Source: a virus. From it: a stretch of DNA of 64,000 nt. The stretch is from IMG/VR virus record IMGVR_UViG_3300037755_000476; one strand, written 5' to 3'. Shown one piece after another: positions 43,518-52,179 of this stretch; within the stretch, counting starts at the first letter, position 1; the number at the start of each line of letters is the position of its first letter. A program made the position numbers and the translations under genes. The notes beneath the pieces are model-generated. The model was given only the letters and a program-made list of their open reading frames with translations. It was not told the DNA's origin and did no database searches.

Positions 43518-43895
43518 TTATCGTACCTGTAAATAAGACGTTATTTTTCCAAGTCCTTTTATCCTGTCTTGATACCTCTCTACCTTATACACTCCCGCTG
43601 CCGGGTCGTATATTTTTTTACCTTTATACACTACCCAGTGACTCCTACCATCGTTCCAACACACCTTAAGTATGCAAGGAAAGTCTACCCCCTCGTACTG
43701 CACCCCTATTTTAGTTTTGAACCTAGTCAGCTTTGTGCCTAGGGGGAGTTTTAAGGCAGCGACCAAATCTTTGGTAGAAGTGCATCCGGATTTTTTAATA
43801 AGTTTTATAGATTCCTCCAACGTTATCCCTAAAATCATGGCCACGCAAGATTGCCCACATAAGTTACTGCCCTTAGGTTGTCTTATAAATTCCAT
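43518..43895 (-). CDS. Peptidase C39-like papain-fold protein
   Basis: RQ....CGQSCVAM, HWVV, IYDP. Confidence 0.78.
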   Translation of the reverse strand: MEFIRQPKGSNLCGQSCVAMILGITLEESIKLIKKSGCTSTKDLVAALKLPLGTKLTRFKTKIGVQYEGVDFPCILKVCWNDGRSHWVVYKGKKIYDPAAGVYKVERYQDRIKGLGKITSYLQVR

Positions 43896-43901
43896 ACTTT
43901 T

Positions 43902-44123
43902 CTAATCTTTAAACCCTAGCCCACCTAATATCCTATCCACCTTTTCGTCTATCACATTCTGCATCTCCCTGCAATATCCATACAGTTCGACCTTCTCGAA
44001 GTCTTTTAGATACTTCTTACAGTCGTTGATAATGAATTGGTGCGCCCATTCTTTGAACGAGGCCACGTTAGGGTGTGATTTAATAAAGGTTTCTAAGTCT
44101 TGGATGGGTTCGTAGTCTTTCAT
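43902..44123 (-). CDS. Hypothetical protein
   Basis: 73-aa ORF in an operon. Confidence 0.55.
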   Translation of the reverse strand: MKDYEPIQDLETFIKSHPNVASFKEWAHQFIINDCKKYLKDFEKVELYGYCREMQNVIDEKVDRILGGLGFKD

Positions 44124-44124
44124 T

Positions 44125-44811
44125 TTACACTTTTATAGAATTTAACAAATTAAACACCTTATAGGATGCCGTAATCTCTTTGGCCACCTTAAGTATATTC
44201 CCCCTGACCCTAGTTACCGCCTCCGGACTGACGTCTTGGGGGATTACCTCAACCTTGTTGCCAAGCTTCAAAGGCTCTCCCCTAAAGACGTTTCCGGTAC
44301 GCTCTATAAGCTCTACCCAACCCATGGTCGGCAAATGGCCCGTCTCCTGTTCTATGGCCCCGGCATAAATAGTGACTTGGTCATATGCATCGTCTTCATA
44401 TACGGCAACCTTGTTCATGTCACCTGTTTTATAGTCCACTATTTTAGTGACTACTTCTTTTGCGTCCGGACTTAGTCCGTCGAGCAGGGAGTCGTTGGTA
44501 TCTATGAACCCCTTTACGAAAAAGTCTCCAAAGTCCCAAGCTATTTCCCTTTCGAATTGGTCTAGGCGGGTGATTCTGGATAAGACCTCTACCTCTTGCT
44601 CGGTGAACCCGGAGAAATCGTTGTTCTCTAGGGCCTCCCCTATCATAGAACCAAAATCCATATAAGCATTAGACTCGAAAACGTCATTTAGAAAGTAGCT
44701 CTTTATATACTCTTTCTTATTACTTTTCCACTTACTATACTGGCTATAGGAGATGTAACTTTTTCCGGATTTTTTATCTTTCTTGGGTAAATCTATTGTT
44801 TTGCTAACCAC
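44125..44811 (-). CDS. PD-(D/E)XK exonuclease (Cas4-like superfamily)
   Basis: ISYSQY, KGFID, IVDYKTG, QVTIYA. Confidence 0.82.
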   Translation of the reverse strand: MVSKTIDLPKKDKKSGKSYISYSQYSKWKSNKKEYIKSYFLNDVFESNAYMDFGSMIGEALENNDFSGFTEQEVEVLSRITRLDQFEREIAWDFGDFFVKGFIDTNDSLLDGLSPDAKEVVTKIVDYKTGDMNKVAVYEDDAYDQVTIYAGAIEQETGHLPTMGWVELIERTGNVFRGEPLKLGNKVEVIPQDVSPEAVTRVRGNILKVAKEITASYKVFNLLNSIKV

Positions 44812-45461
44812 TTTTCAAAGTCTTTTTTATTAAATTCTTTTTCTTTTTTTATGTGCCTGTTATAATAAGAGGGAAGTAATTGTAAGTTAGTATAGTGAGT
44901 TAACTTAATCAATTCGTCTTCGTTAGAGGCAGAGTTCAAAGGCGTGATATGGTCTATGTCTGTGATACCGTCTCCGTAGTAAAATCCGTAGGAATTACTA
45001 TTTAAATGTAATAGTAAAGTCTTATAATCACACCCTATGTACTCAGAAGAAGATTCCCTCTTATTCTTAAGTATTTTATGAACAGAGGACCTTATACGAC
45101 AAGAGAGTTTGTATATAGGGTCCGAAGCTTTCCTATCTGCTGCCCTTTCCCTAGTATACTTTCGCAAATACTCTTTATTTTTCTTCTGCCACCTTCGGCT
45201 CTTATCATTACACCTTTGCTTATTCTGATTATAATACCTCCTGCCCAACTCTAACCTCTTATCCTTATTGGCCTCGGCATACCTCTTATTGCCTTGAGAT
45301 ATAAAATCTTTTTTAAGGGAGTACCTTTTTTGAGAGTACGCTTTTGCGCACTCCTTGCAAGAAGATTTTAGTCCGTCCTTAGATTTAGAGCTTTTGTGAA
45401 AACTGTCTTCCTCTTTATACTCCTTACATTTACTACATTTCTTCATGTAGCAAACGTACAA
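44793..45461 (-). CDS. HNH homing endonuclease with N-terminal Zn finger
   Basis: CSKC..CKEC; IDHITPL..HYTNLQLL..N. Confidence 0.82.
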   Translation of the reverse strand: MYVCYMKKCSKCKEYKEEDSFHKSSKSKDGLKSSCKECAKAYSQKRYSLKKDFISQGNKRYAEANKDKRLELGRRYYNQNKQRCNDKSRRWQKKNKEYLRKYTRERAADRKASDPIYKLSCRIRSSVHKILKNKRESSSEYIGCDYKTLLLHLNSNSYGFYYGDGITDIDHITPLNSASNEDELIKLTHYTNLQLLPSYYNRHIKKEKEFNKKDFEKWLAKQ

Positions 45462-45476
45462 AAATATTTAATACAC

Positions 45477-45662
45477 TTATTTTGGCTCCTTTCCCAAAGC
45501 TTTAAAATTACGTCTCTTCTCGTTGTCCGGATAATCCCCCACATCTTGTTCGACCTCGTAATACCTTACCTCGGCCTTCCAGAGTTTGGTCTCCCCGTCC
45601 CACATTTCCACGTAGTACGGGAATTTACCCAGTTTGTCCTTCACTACTTTTACTCTACCCAT
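45477..45662 (-). CDS. Hypothetical protein
   Basis: Overlapping ORF in an operon. Confidence 0.5.
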   Translation of the reverse strand: MGRVKVVKDKLGKFPYYVEMWDGETKLWKAEVRYYEVEQDVGDYPDNEKRRNFKALGKEPK

Positions 45663-46551
45663 TAATCAATTCTTTAATATCTTTTTTAGTAATCGACGTT
45701 TCTTTTCCTTTTGCCTTGCAGGGGAGCACGTTCAGGATTTCAATGGCCTTGGCCTTGTCGGTCTTGGTCATCTTGGAAATTGCCGTCTTTAATTGTTCCG
45801 CGATTTCCGCTGTGTACTCTCCACCAAGGAAGATATACTCTAGGATTCCTAAAGGCTCTTGTTCTACCGGCTCCGAAACTTCTATAGGCTCCTCCCCCCT
45901 TAGTACCCTCACTACGTTCACCACAGCTACGACGTCCCTTTCACAATACTTAACTATATCCTTAATCTTTCCCTCATAATACAGCCTCCCGACATCTGAA
46001 CCGTTGAACTCCTCTTTGGGAGACGGGAGTCCAAGTGCCGTAGTCACTGATACCAATGTAGATACCTTGAATCCGGTACTTTTCCACAGAAGTGCCGTAT
46101 CGAAATAAGGAACTGTCCAAGGCTTTTCGTGGGCCATATCAAATATTTGGTGCATCTCTACCCTATTTATCAAACACCTTTTCATTATAAACGGCGCATC
46201 AAATCCGGTTATAACGTGCCCACAAAGCCAAGTCTTATTGTTGGCGAACTTGGAGACGGCCTGATTAAATTCTTCCAACAGCTCTTTTTCATCCTCGTTG
46301 GAAAATGTTTTCAAAACAATCTTATCGTTCCTTACTGCCCCTATAGTAATACAGGCTATGCGTCCGAACTCTGCGTACAGGGGAGCCTCCGTAAAGTAAC
46401 TCCCTACTACGTCTTCTACGCCGTTCTTAATGCAGTAGTAGCTCCAAGCGTCGTACAAAGGAGTGTCTATAACAAGCTCCGGAACCGCTGGTGCAGTTTC
46501 TATGTCTATGAAAAGAAAGTCCTCTAGGTTATATTTTTTTAATATTCTCAC
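45655..46551 (-). CDS. 3'-5' exonuclease (PolB-like DEDD)
   Basis: FIDIET, GH...FD.PF, YCERDV. Confidence 0.85.
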   Translation of the reverse strand: MRILKKYNLEDFLFIDIETAPAVPELVIDTPLYDAWSYYCIKNGVEDVVGSYFTEAPLYAEFGRIACITIGAVRNDKIVLKTFSNEDEKELLEEFNQAVSKFANNKTWLCGHVITGFDAPFIMKRCLINRVEMHQIFDMAHEKPWTVPYFDTALLWKSTGFKVSTLVSVTTALGLPSPKEEFNGSDVGRLYYEGKIKDIVKYCERDVVAVVNVVRVLRGEEPIEVSEPVEQEPLGILEYIFLGGEYTAEIAEQLKTAISKMTKTDKAKAIEILNVLPCKAKGKETSITKKDIKELING

Positions 46552-46933
46552 CCTTTTTAAGTTTAAAATGTTTGGATATGTTTTCTTTGTGCGATATTAT
46601 CTGTAAGTTATCTTTCCTGTTGTTAGACTTATCCTCGTCTATGTGGTCTATTACTTTTTCTGTAGTCCCGTCAGTCTCGTGACCCATAAAATAATACGCC
46701 ACTAGCTTATGTACATACTTTTTAGACTCTTTTCCGTCTTTGTACAGACTTACTTGGATGTGTCCGTACGTATCGGGAAATCCTTTTAACAACCTCTCCC
46801 TCTTTAGTATCTGGCCGTGAATAGGATTAGGAGCGAATCTTTTGAGGGACTTAACCTCCCCGAAATCGCTTATTTGATACAGACCCTCATAACCAAGTAT
46901 GTCTCTCCAACTTTCTACAAGAAGGGTATTCAA
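46529..46933 (-). CDS. NUMOD4-HNH homing endonuclease
   Basis: WRDILGYEGLYQISDFG; VHKLVA; IDHID..KSNN. Confidence 0.9.
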   Translation of the reverse strand: MNTLLVESWRDILGYEGLYQISDFGEVKSLKRFAPNPIHGQILKRERLLKGFPDTYGHIQVSLYKDGKESKKYVHKLVAYYFMGHETDGTTEKVIDHIDEDKSNNRKDNLQIISHKENISKHFKLKKGENIKKI

Positions 46934-47472
46934 GCTCCCCTAAGTTTAACCCAAGTCTTATAGCAATAGCTCACTTGGTGATAGCAATCTTGTAGTGCAT
47001 TATGTGCCGTCCCTCTAAAAGGCTCGTTCTTTTTTATTTCGGGATAAAAATTACAAAGGGTCCTGACGCACATTTCGTTGCGGAAATGCCAAGGCCTGCT
47101 TATTCCGACGGCGTCGTAGGCATTCCCTAAAATACCTAGGTCAAAAGATGCAGAATTTCCCCAGACCTTATAACTGTTCGTATTTATAAAATCCGTAAAA
47201 TTGATAAGGGCTTGGGGCAGGCTCAACTGGTTATCCTTTTTGAGCATATCGTTTTGCGCCTTTTTATCTTGGCCCAACCACCAGATAACCGTGGCGGGGT
47301 CTATTTTCAGACCGTGGTCTACGGAACTCTTTAGGTCCACATTGACCAAGAACTCCCTACCGGTCTCTCCGGTAGCCATGTCAAACTCTAAGGCCCCTAT
47401 ACTGGTTATGGCCGAAAAGGATTTGGTGCCCATTGTCTCTAGGTCCACCATTAAATTTTCAAATCTTTTCAT
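46930..47472 (-). CDS. 3'-5' exoribonuclease (Rv2179c-like DEDD)
   Basis: MVDLETMG, WGNSASFD, HNALQD. Confidence 0.85.
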   Translation of the reverse strand: MKRFENLMVDLETMGTKSFSAITSIGALEFDMATGETGREFLVNVDLKSSVDHGLKIDPATVIWWLGQDKKAQNDMLKKDNQLSLPQALINFTDFINTNSYKVWGNSASFDLGILGNAYDAVGISRPWHFRNEMCVRTLCNFYPEIKKNEPFRGTAHNALQDCYHQVSYCYKTWVKLRGA

Positions 47473-47494
47473 TTAATTGTTTTAAGTTAAATTC

Positions 47495-47773
47495 CTACAC
47501 TGAACCAAACAGGCTCAACATCTTTACCCTGTCCAAAGCGTTCTCCTCACGTATCAACTGCTCCTGCCCCCTTTTTACCTTATCGGACCCGTGCTCCTTT
47601 ATCCTCCTGACCACTTTTTCCATTACCTCTACCCTTTCTTCGTGCGAAAGATTGCCCCTATCCTTCCAAGAGAAGAATAGGAGGTCCTCTAACATGTTCT
47701 TTTCCTTGGTAACGTCCTGTATATCATTCAGCCTCTTAAAGGCCTTTACTCTGTTGAACACTCCCATAATCAT
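47495..47773 (-). CDS. Hypothetical protein
   Basis: 92-aa ORF. Confidence 0.55.
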   Translation of the reverse strand: MIMGVFNRVKAFKRLNDIQDVTKEKNMLEDLLFFSWKDRGNLSHEERVEVMEKVVRRIKEHGSDKVKRGQEQLIREENALDRVKMLSLFGSV

Positions 47774-48114
47774 CGTTTATTACACTTGTCCAAGAAATCG
47801 TGACATTGTTCCACTACCCATCCCAATAAATAACACTGGGGCTCGTCGTTGACCACGTCCATTTTAATACAGCAGTTTGCCTAGATAAAACCTACACAAT
47901 GTAGCGCTTCGTGGGCCACTACGCTAGGGGGAGAATCTTTGGTCAGGGCTGTATAGTAGTGGTCATATCCTTGTGAATCCTTCGTGGCAGTACAGAACGC
48001 CCCTCCATCAAAATTAGAATCCGGCTCTATCTTCTTTGCCTCCCCATTAAGGTCTTCCGACACTATTATATGAGGGGTCCCGAAATAAATCGGGACCTTT
48101 ATAGTCTTCTTCAT
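47770..48114 (-). CDS. HExxH protein interrupted by an in-frame TAG at 47881-47883 (readthrough candidate or nonsense mutant)
   Basis: VAHEALHCVGFI*ANCCIKMDVVNDEPQCYLLGWVVEQC; readthrough frame ends in an ATGA overlap with the next gene. Confidence 0.7.
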
Positions 48115-48115
48115 A

Positions 48116-49678
48116 CTACCTTTCTACGGTTACTACCGCCTCTGTGGTAAGGAACGTACCCGCCACTGACGCAGCGTTCTCAAGGGCACAACGTGTAACC
48201 TTTTTAGGGTCGATAATTCCCTCTTCAATCATATTCACAAATTCTCCGGTCTTAACGTTGATACCATATCCTTCGGAATTGTATGAGCAATACTCACGCC
48301 CGGCGTTATCACATATCTGCCTTGCAGGGGCAGAGCAGGATTCCAACACTATATGGTAACCTGCCTCAAAGGCGGATAGCTCTACAGGAGATACTGACAT
48401 CAACGAACTTGCAGCATTGTCAAGAGCGACCCCTCCACCGGCAACGATGCCTTCTTCAAGTGCCGACCTAGTGGCATTTATACTGTCCTCTACCCTGTCC
48501 TGCTTCTCCTTCAACTCACTATCAGACTTTGCCCCCACGTAAAGTGTGGCCACCCCGCCCGTGATTCTGGACAGCCTTTCCTGTAGTTCGAGCTTATCGA
48601 ACTGATTTTTAGTGGCCGAAATTTTCTCCTTCAACTCGGATACCAGTCCTATAAGGTTATCGGCATTCCCTACCAACAGTGAATCTTTTTCGGATATCAC
48701 GCACTTGCTGAGCCTTCCCAGAACTTCCGGACGTAGCTTGACGCCCTCCACATCGGACACGACCGTTGCGCCCGTAAGTACGGAGATATCGTTCATAAGG
48801 TCCTTCTCTATCTTGAGTATCTGGGGAGTCTTTACAAGACATATCTTTCCGGCTATGGCCCCCTTCTTGACATTCTCTAAAATAGTGGAGAGTACGAACG
48901 GGTCAACATCGTCGGCGATAATCAGCAAAGTGTTCTTTGGCTGTGAGAATACGGCACTGAAAAGGCTTACTATTGCATCCCCCTTCTCTAGCTTCCCTTT
49001 GTGTAGGAGTACGAAAGGCTGGTCGAGTTCGCATACGTCCTTCACCTTGTTAGTTATGAAATTCTGGTGGTAGAATCCCCTGTCCAACTGCACCCCGTCG
49101 CGAAGTTCGACATAGGTATCACTGGTATCGGATACAGCGGTCACCACTGTCCCGTGCTTGCCTATCTTATTGAAGGCCTTGGCTATAATCTTTCCAAGCT
49201 CCGTGTCCCCGTTTGCCGAAATAGTGGCCACGCTCTCCAAATCGGACTTGGACACTTTCTTGGACACCTTGTCCAAGTAGGCTACAATATCCTTGGTAGC
49301 TTGGTCTATGCCCCTTTTTAGCTCTACGGAAGAGATATTGTCGGAAGAGGACAAGAGGTTTAGACCTTTCTCAAAAATGCTCTGGGCAAGTACCGTTGCG
49401 GTAGTGGTTCCGTCGCCGGCCTGACTGTTGGTCCTACGTGCGGCCTCTTTTACCACCTCTGCCCCAATCCTTTCGTACTCGTCCCTAGGACTTATGGACT
49501 TGGCAATCGATACCCCGTCTTTAGAGATGATGTAGCTGTAACTGGTCCCCACTTGTACCGGAAATATGACGTTACGTCCTTCTGCCCCAAGGGATACCTT
49601 TACGGCATTTGCAACTGCATCGACTCCCCTTTTTAAGGCCTCCCGTGCTTCGTTATTAAATTTAATTGTAGTGTTCAT
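48116..49678 (-). CDS. groEL: Chaperonin GroEL (Cpn60)
   Basis: AVKVSLG..GRNV, AGDGTTTATVLA, EGIVAGGG, GIIDP. Confidence 0.95.
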   Translation of the reverse strand: MNTTIKFNNEAREALKRGVDAVANAVKVSLGAEGRNVIFPVQVGTSYSYIISKDGVSIAKSISPRDEYERIGAEVVKEAARRTNSQAGDGTTTATVLAQSIFEKGLNLLSSSDNISSVELKRGIDQATKDIVAYLDKVSKKVSKSDLESVATISANGDTELGKIIAKAFNKIGKHGTVVTAVSDTSDTYVELRDGVQLDRGFYHQNFITNKVKDVCELDQPFVLLHKGKLEKGDAIVSLFSAVFSQPKNTLLIIADDVDPFVLSTILENVKKGAIAGKICLVKTPQILKIEKDLMNDISVLTGATVVSDVEGVKLRPEVLGRLSKCVISEKDSLLVGNADNLIGLVSELKEKISATKNQFDKLELQERLSRITGGVATLYVGAKSDSELKEKQDRVEDSINATRSALEEGIVAGGGVALDNAASSLMSVSPVELSAFEAGYHIVLESCSAPARQICDNAGREYCSYNSEGYGINVKTGEFVNMIEEGIIDPKKVTRCALENAASVAGTFLTTEAVVTVER

Positions 49679-49695
49679 AGAAATGTTGACTGATT

Positions 49696-49977
49696 TTAGT
49701 TTACTTTCTTCCTCTCTAAGTACTGTAATCTTGTGTCCGACTCTCCCTGCTTTATAAGCTTCTTTTCGAATTTCATAAAAGAATAAGGCCCGACCCGTAC
49801 TATTGCCAATTGGATTCCTTTTTTGTTACTAAAAGGTCTCTTGGAGGTCTTGCCCTCTTTCTCCCTTCTCTCTTTCCTGTTGGGACCGTACCCGCGGTAC
49901 GAGAACAATATAGGGTTTATAAGCTCGCCACTGGCGTCGTACGCCTTGACGTACGGAATGTTTTTTCTGTCTGTCAT
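49696..49977 (-). CDS. Hypothetical protein
   Basis: 93-aa ORF in the chaperonin operon. Confidence 0.55.
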   Translation of the reverse strand: MTDRKNIPYVKAYDASGELINPILFSYRGYGPNRKERREKEGKTSKRPFSNKKGIQLAIVRVGPYSFMKFEKKLIKQGESDTRLQYLERKKVN

Positions 49978-50249
49978 ATTATCGCTACTATGCTTCCGAA
50001 GGGTATTGCAAAATGGTCCTCTTCGTTAAATTTGATTTTTCCTTTTTCTCTTGGTTCTACGTAGTACACGTGGTCGCCGACATCCGGTACGTTGACCTTG
50101 TCCGAGGACATTTTAAGTTCGTCGGAGACTGCTATAACTTCCGCTCTTGGGAGATAGTCGCCATCGACCCTCCACTCCATTCCCGTATCTTTGTCCACGG
50201 TGGATGTAGTGTAACGTTTTATAAGTATTCTGTCGTTAAGGAGTTTCAT
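49974..50249 (-). CDS. groES: Co-chaperonin GroES-like (Cpn10)
   Basis: MKLLNDRILIK, AEVIAV, VGDHVYY, SIVAII. Confidence 0.75.
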   Translation of the reverse strand: MKLLNDRILIKRYTTSTVDKDTGMEWRVDGDYLPRAEVIAVSDELKMSSDKVNVPDVGDHVYYVEPREKGKIKFNEEDHFAIPFGSIVAII

Positions 50250-50524
50250 ATGTTCTTTTTGGTTTTTGGGGCGCACTCTACGTCCATTGGAGTCCTCTCA
50301 TCTTCGGGCAAATTACTGGCCTCGGGGATTCTAGCTTGCAGGTCTTTAGCGGACCCCTCTCTTTTTCTGTAGCCGTCCAACTCTTCCCTAATCTTGGGGA
50401 GCACTTCTAAGTCTCCGTGGACTCCTTTTAAAGCTGACATAATGATGCCAACCTCTTGGAGGTTAAACGAACCCCTTTGCGTGGCCTTGTCTAGGGCCTC
50501 CTGTAAAATCATGTACTCTTTCAT
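50246..50524 (-). CDS. Hypothetical protein
   Basis: ATGA-type overlap. Confidence 0.55.
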   Translation of the reverse strand: MKEYMILQEALDKATQRGSFNLQEVGIIMSALKGVHGDLEVLPKIREELDGYRKREGSAKDLQARIPEASNLPEDERTPMDVECAPKTKKNI

Positions 50525-50539
50525 TTTTACTTGTTTAAA

Positions 50540-51517
50540 TTAAATTGTTTCCGTTGTCCATTTCAGATATTCCCTATTGGATAGTTTGTACTGGGACCCA
50601 TCGACCCCGCATTTCATTAACCTCTGTATGGTCCCTGCCGGTGTTATGGTATCCCCTAGGTAAATTAGTTTTTCCGTTTCCCCGCAAGTAGGGCAACTGT
50701 ATTTATCATTACCGACCGCTACCCCCAAGTGGGCCGCATGCCTCATATAGGGTATCATCTTTACGTAGACCTCTTCCGTAGATATAATATCACCTATATT
50801 GTACACCTCCATCTTTTTCAGGTACTCCTTCTGCTGGGCCGGGGTACCGTACTGTACCATCTCCCACATCAACAGCCCTTCATGTCCCAGCTTCATGGTG
50901 ACGTCGAAAAACTTGCACATGTATTTCAGGGCGTAGGATGGTAGTCTTGCTATCCTCTTCATCTGCTTTTGTAGGTCCAGAGACTTTACGAACATATTGA
51001 CGTGCAGTCCATGCTTCATTGCACGTGCGTTGACCCACCTATTGTCGAAGTTGTTATTGTTTACTCCTACCACTAGGTCGGCCTCGTTGTACTCTTTTAG
51101 AAAAACCTCTACCAGTTCCCTGTCATCGTGGTTCTCGTCCCACGTCTTCGTAAACACTTTGTTCTCTCCGAACCACTTCCACGCTACCGTGATAATTTTA
51201 GGTTCGTCTATAACATCGTTGCCGTTCACGAACTGCTTTCCCGACCACCAGACATTGGCCCTTAACCTAGGTGTCTCTATGTCGTAGATAAGGATTTTGG
51301 ACCCGTTGGAAATATTCTTGGCCATTAGGCCTATCTCCAGCTCTTTTGCCCAGTTCCTTATGGACCTCTCCGTTACACCGAACCTTTCGGCCAACTGTTC
51401 CTGCGCCTCTTTTCGAGAAACGCCCTCCGAGGAGTACAGGTCTATTATGACCCCCTTCTCCTCCTGTGTTAAGTCCTTGAACTGTTTTGACATCCGTTCT
51501 TCACAAGATTTCTCCAT
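50540..51517 (-). CDS. RNase H-like DEDD exonuclease with N-terminal HTH and C-terminal Zn ribbon
   Basis: IYDIET, N..FD, SLDL, YN..D, CPTC. Confidence 0.78.
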   Translation of the reverse strand: MEKSCEERMSKQFKDLTQEEKGVIIDLYSSEGVSRKEAQEQLAERFGVTERSIRNWAKELEIGLMAKNISNGSKILIYDIETPRLRANVWWSGKQFVNGNDVIDEPKIITVAWKWFGENKVFTKTWDENHDDRELVEVFLKEYNEADLVVGVNNNNFDNRWVNARAMKHGLHVNMFVKSLDLQKQMKRIARLPSYALKYMCKFFDVTMKLGHEGLLMWEMVQYGTPAQQKEYLKKMEVYNIGDIISTEEVYVKMIPYMRHAAHLGVAVGNDKYSCPTCGETEKLIYLGDTITPAGTIQRLMKCGVDGSQYKLSNREYLKWTTETI

Positions 51518-51695
51518 TTACAATCTGTTCTTTTAAAATATTAAGTCTGGTTCTTATCGACTCGATAATCTCTATGCACTCCACCCTGTCCCTGTCCACA
51601 AGGGATTCGTTAAGGTTGGAAACGTCCATGTGGATATCTTCCGTCTGATAATTGATTATGCGGATTCTCCGACTGTCTACTGATTCTCTTTTCAC
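51501..51695 (-). CDS. Hypothetical protein
   Basis: Overlapping ORF in an operon. Confidence 0.45.
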   Translation of the reverse strand: MKRESVDSRRIRIINYQTEDIHMDVSNLNESLVDRDRVECIEIIESIRTRLNILKEQIVNGEIL

Positions 51696-52129
51696 AACGT
51701 CTTGATGATTTTAATGGTCTCCTTGCAATCCTGCAAATCCCTCGGAACGAAGCAGACGGGGTTAAGGTCTTTTTTTAATAGCATCTTCTTGAATGCCCTC
51801 CACGTTCTAGAAAAATCCGGAAAGGACCTTCCCTTTATCTCTATGACCCACTTTAGGGGCTCACCTACGGGAGGAAGAAAATCCGGAGTGTATATCGAAC
51901 TATTGTACTTCTTCCCACCCCTGTTCATGAATACGCCCTTTCCGTTCATGAACCTTTCGTAGGAATCGTGGGGGGAAATGAATCCCGAGTCGATTTCAAA
52001 CCTCTGCTCTTCGTAGGAAAAAGGTATTCCTGCCTCTTTCAGTAGTTTATACATGTTCCTTTCCAACATGGACCGAAACTGTATTCCGTCGTACACGACC
52101 TTGCGTGCGTTAGTCTGTCTTTTTGCCAT
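51692..52129 (-). CDS. T7 endonuclease I-like Holliday junction resolvase
   Basis: FRS.LE, YTPDF, IEIKG. Confidence 0.8.
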   Translation of the reverse strand: MAKRQTNARKVVYDGIQFRSMLERNMYKLLKEAGIPFSYEEQRFEIDSGFISPHDSYERFMNGKGVFMNRGGKKYNSSIYTPDFLPPVGEPLKWVIEIKGRSFPDFSRTWRAFKKMLLKKDLNPVCFVPRDLQDCKETIKIIKTL

Positions 52130-52179
52130 AAGTAAAGATAAGAAAATTTACCGTTACTTCCAAAGAATTTCCTATTAAA

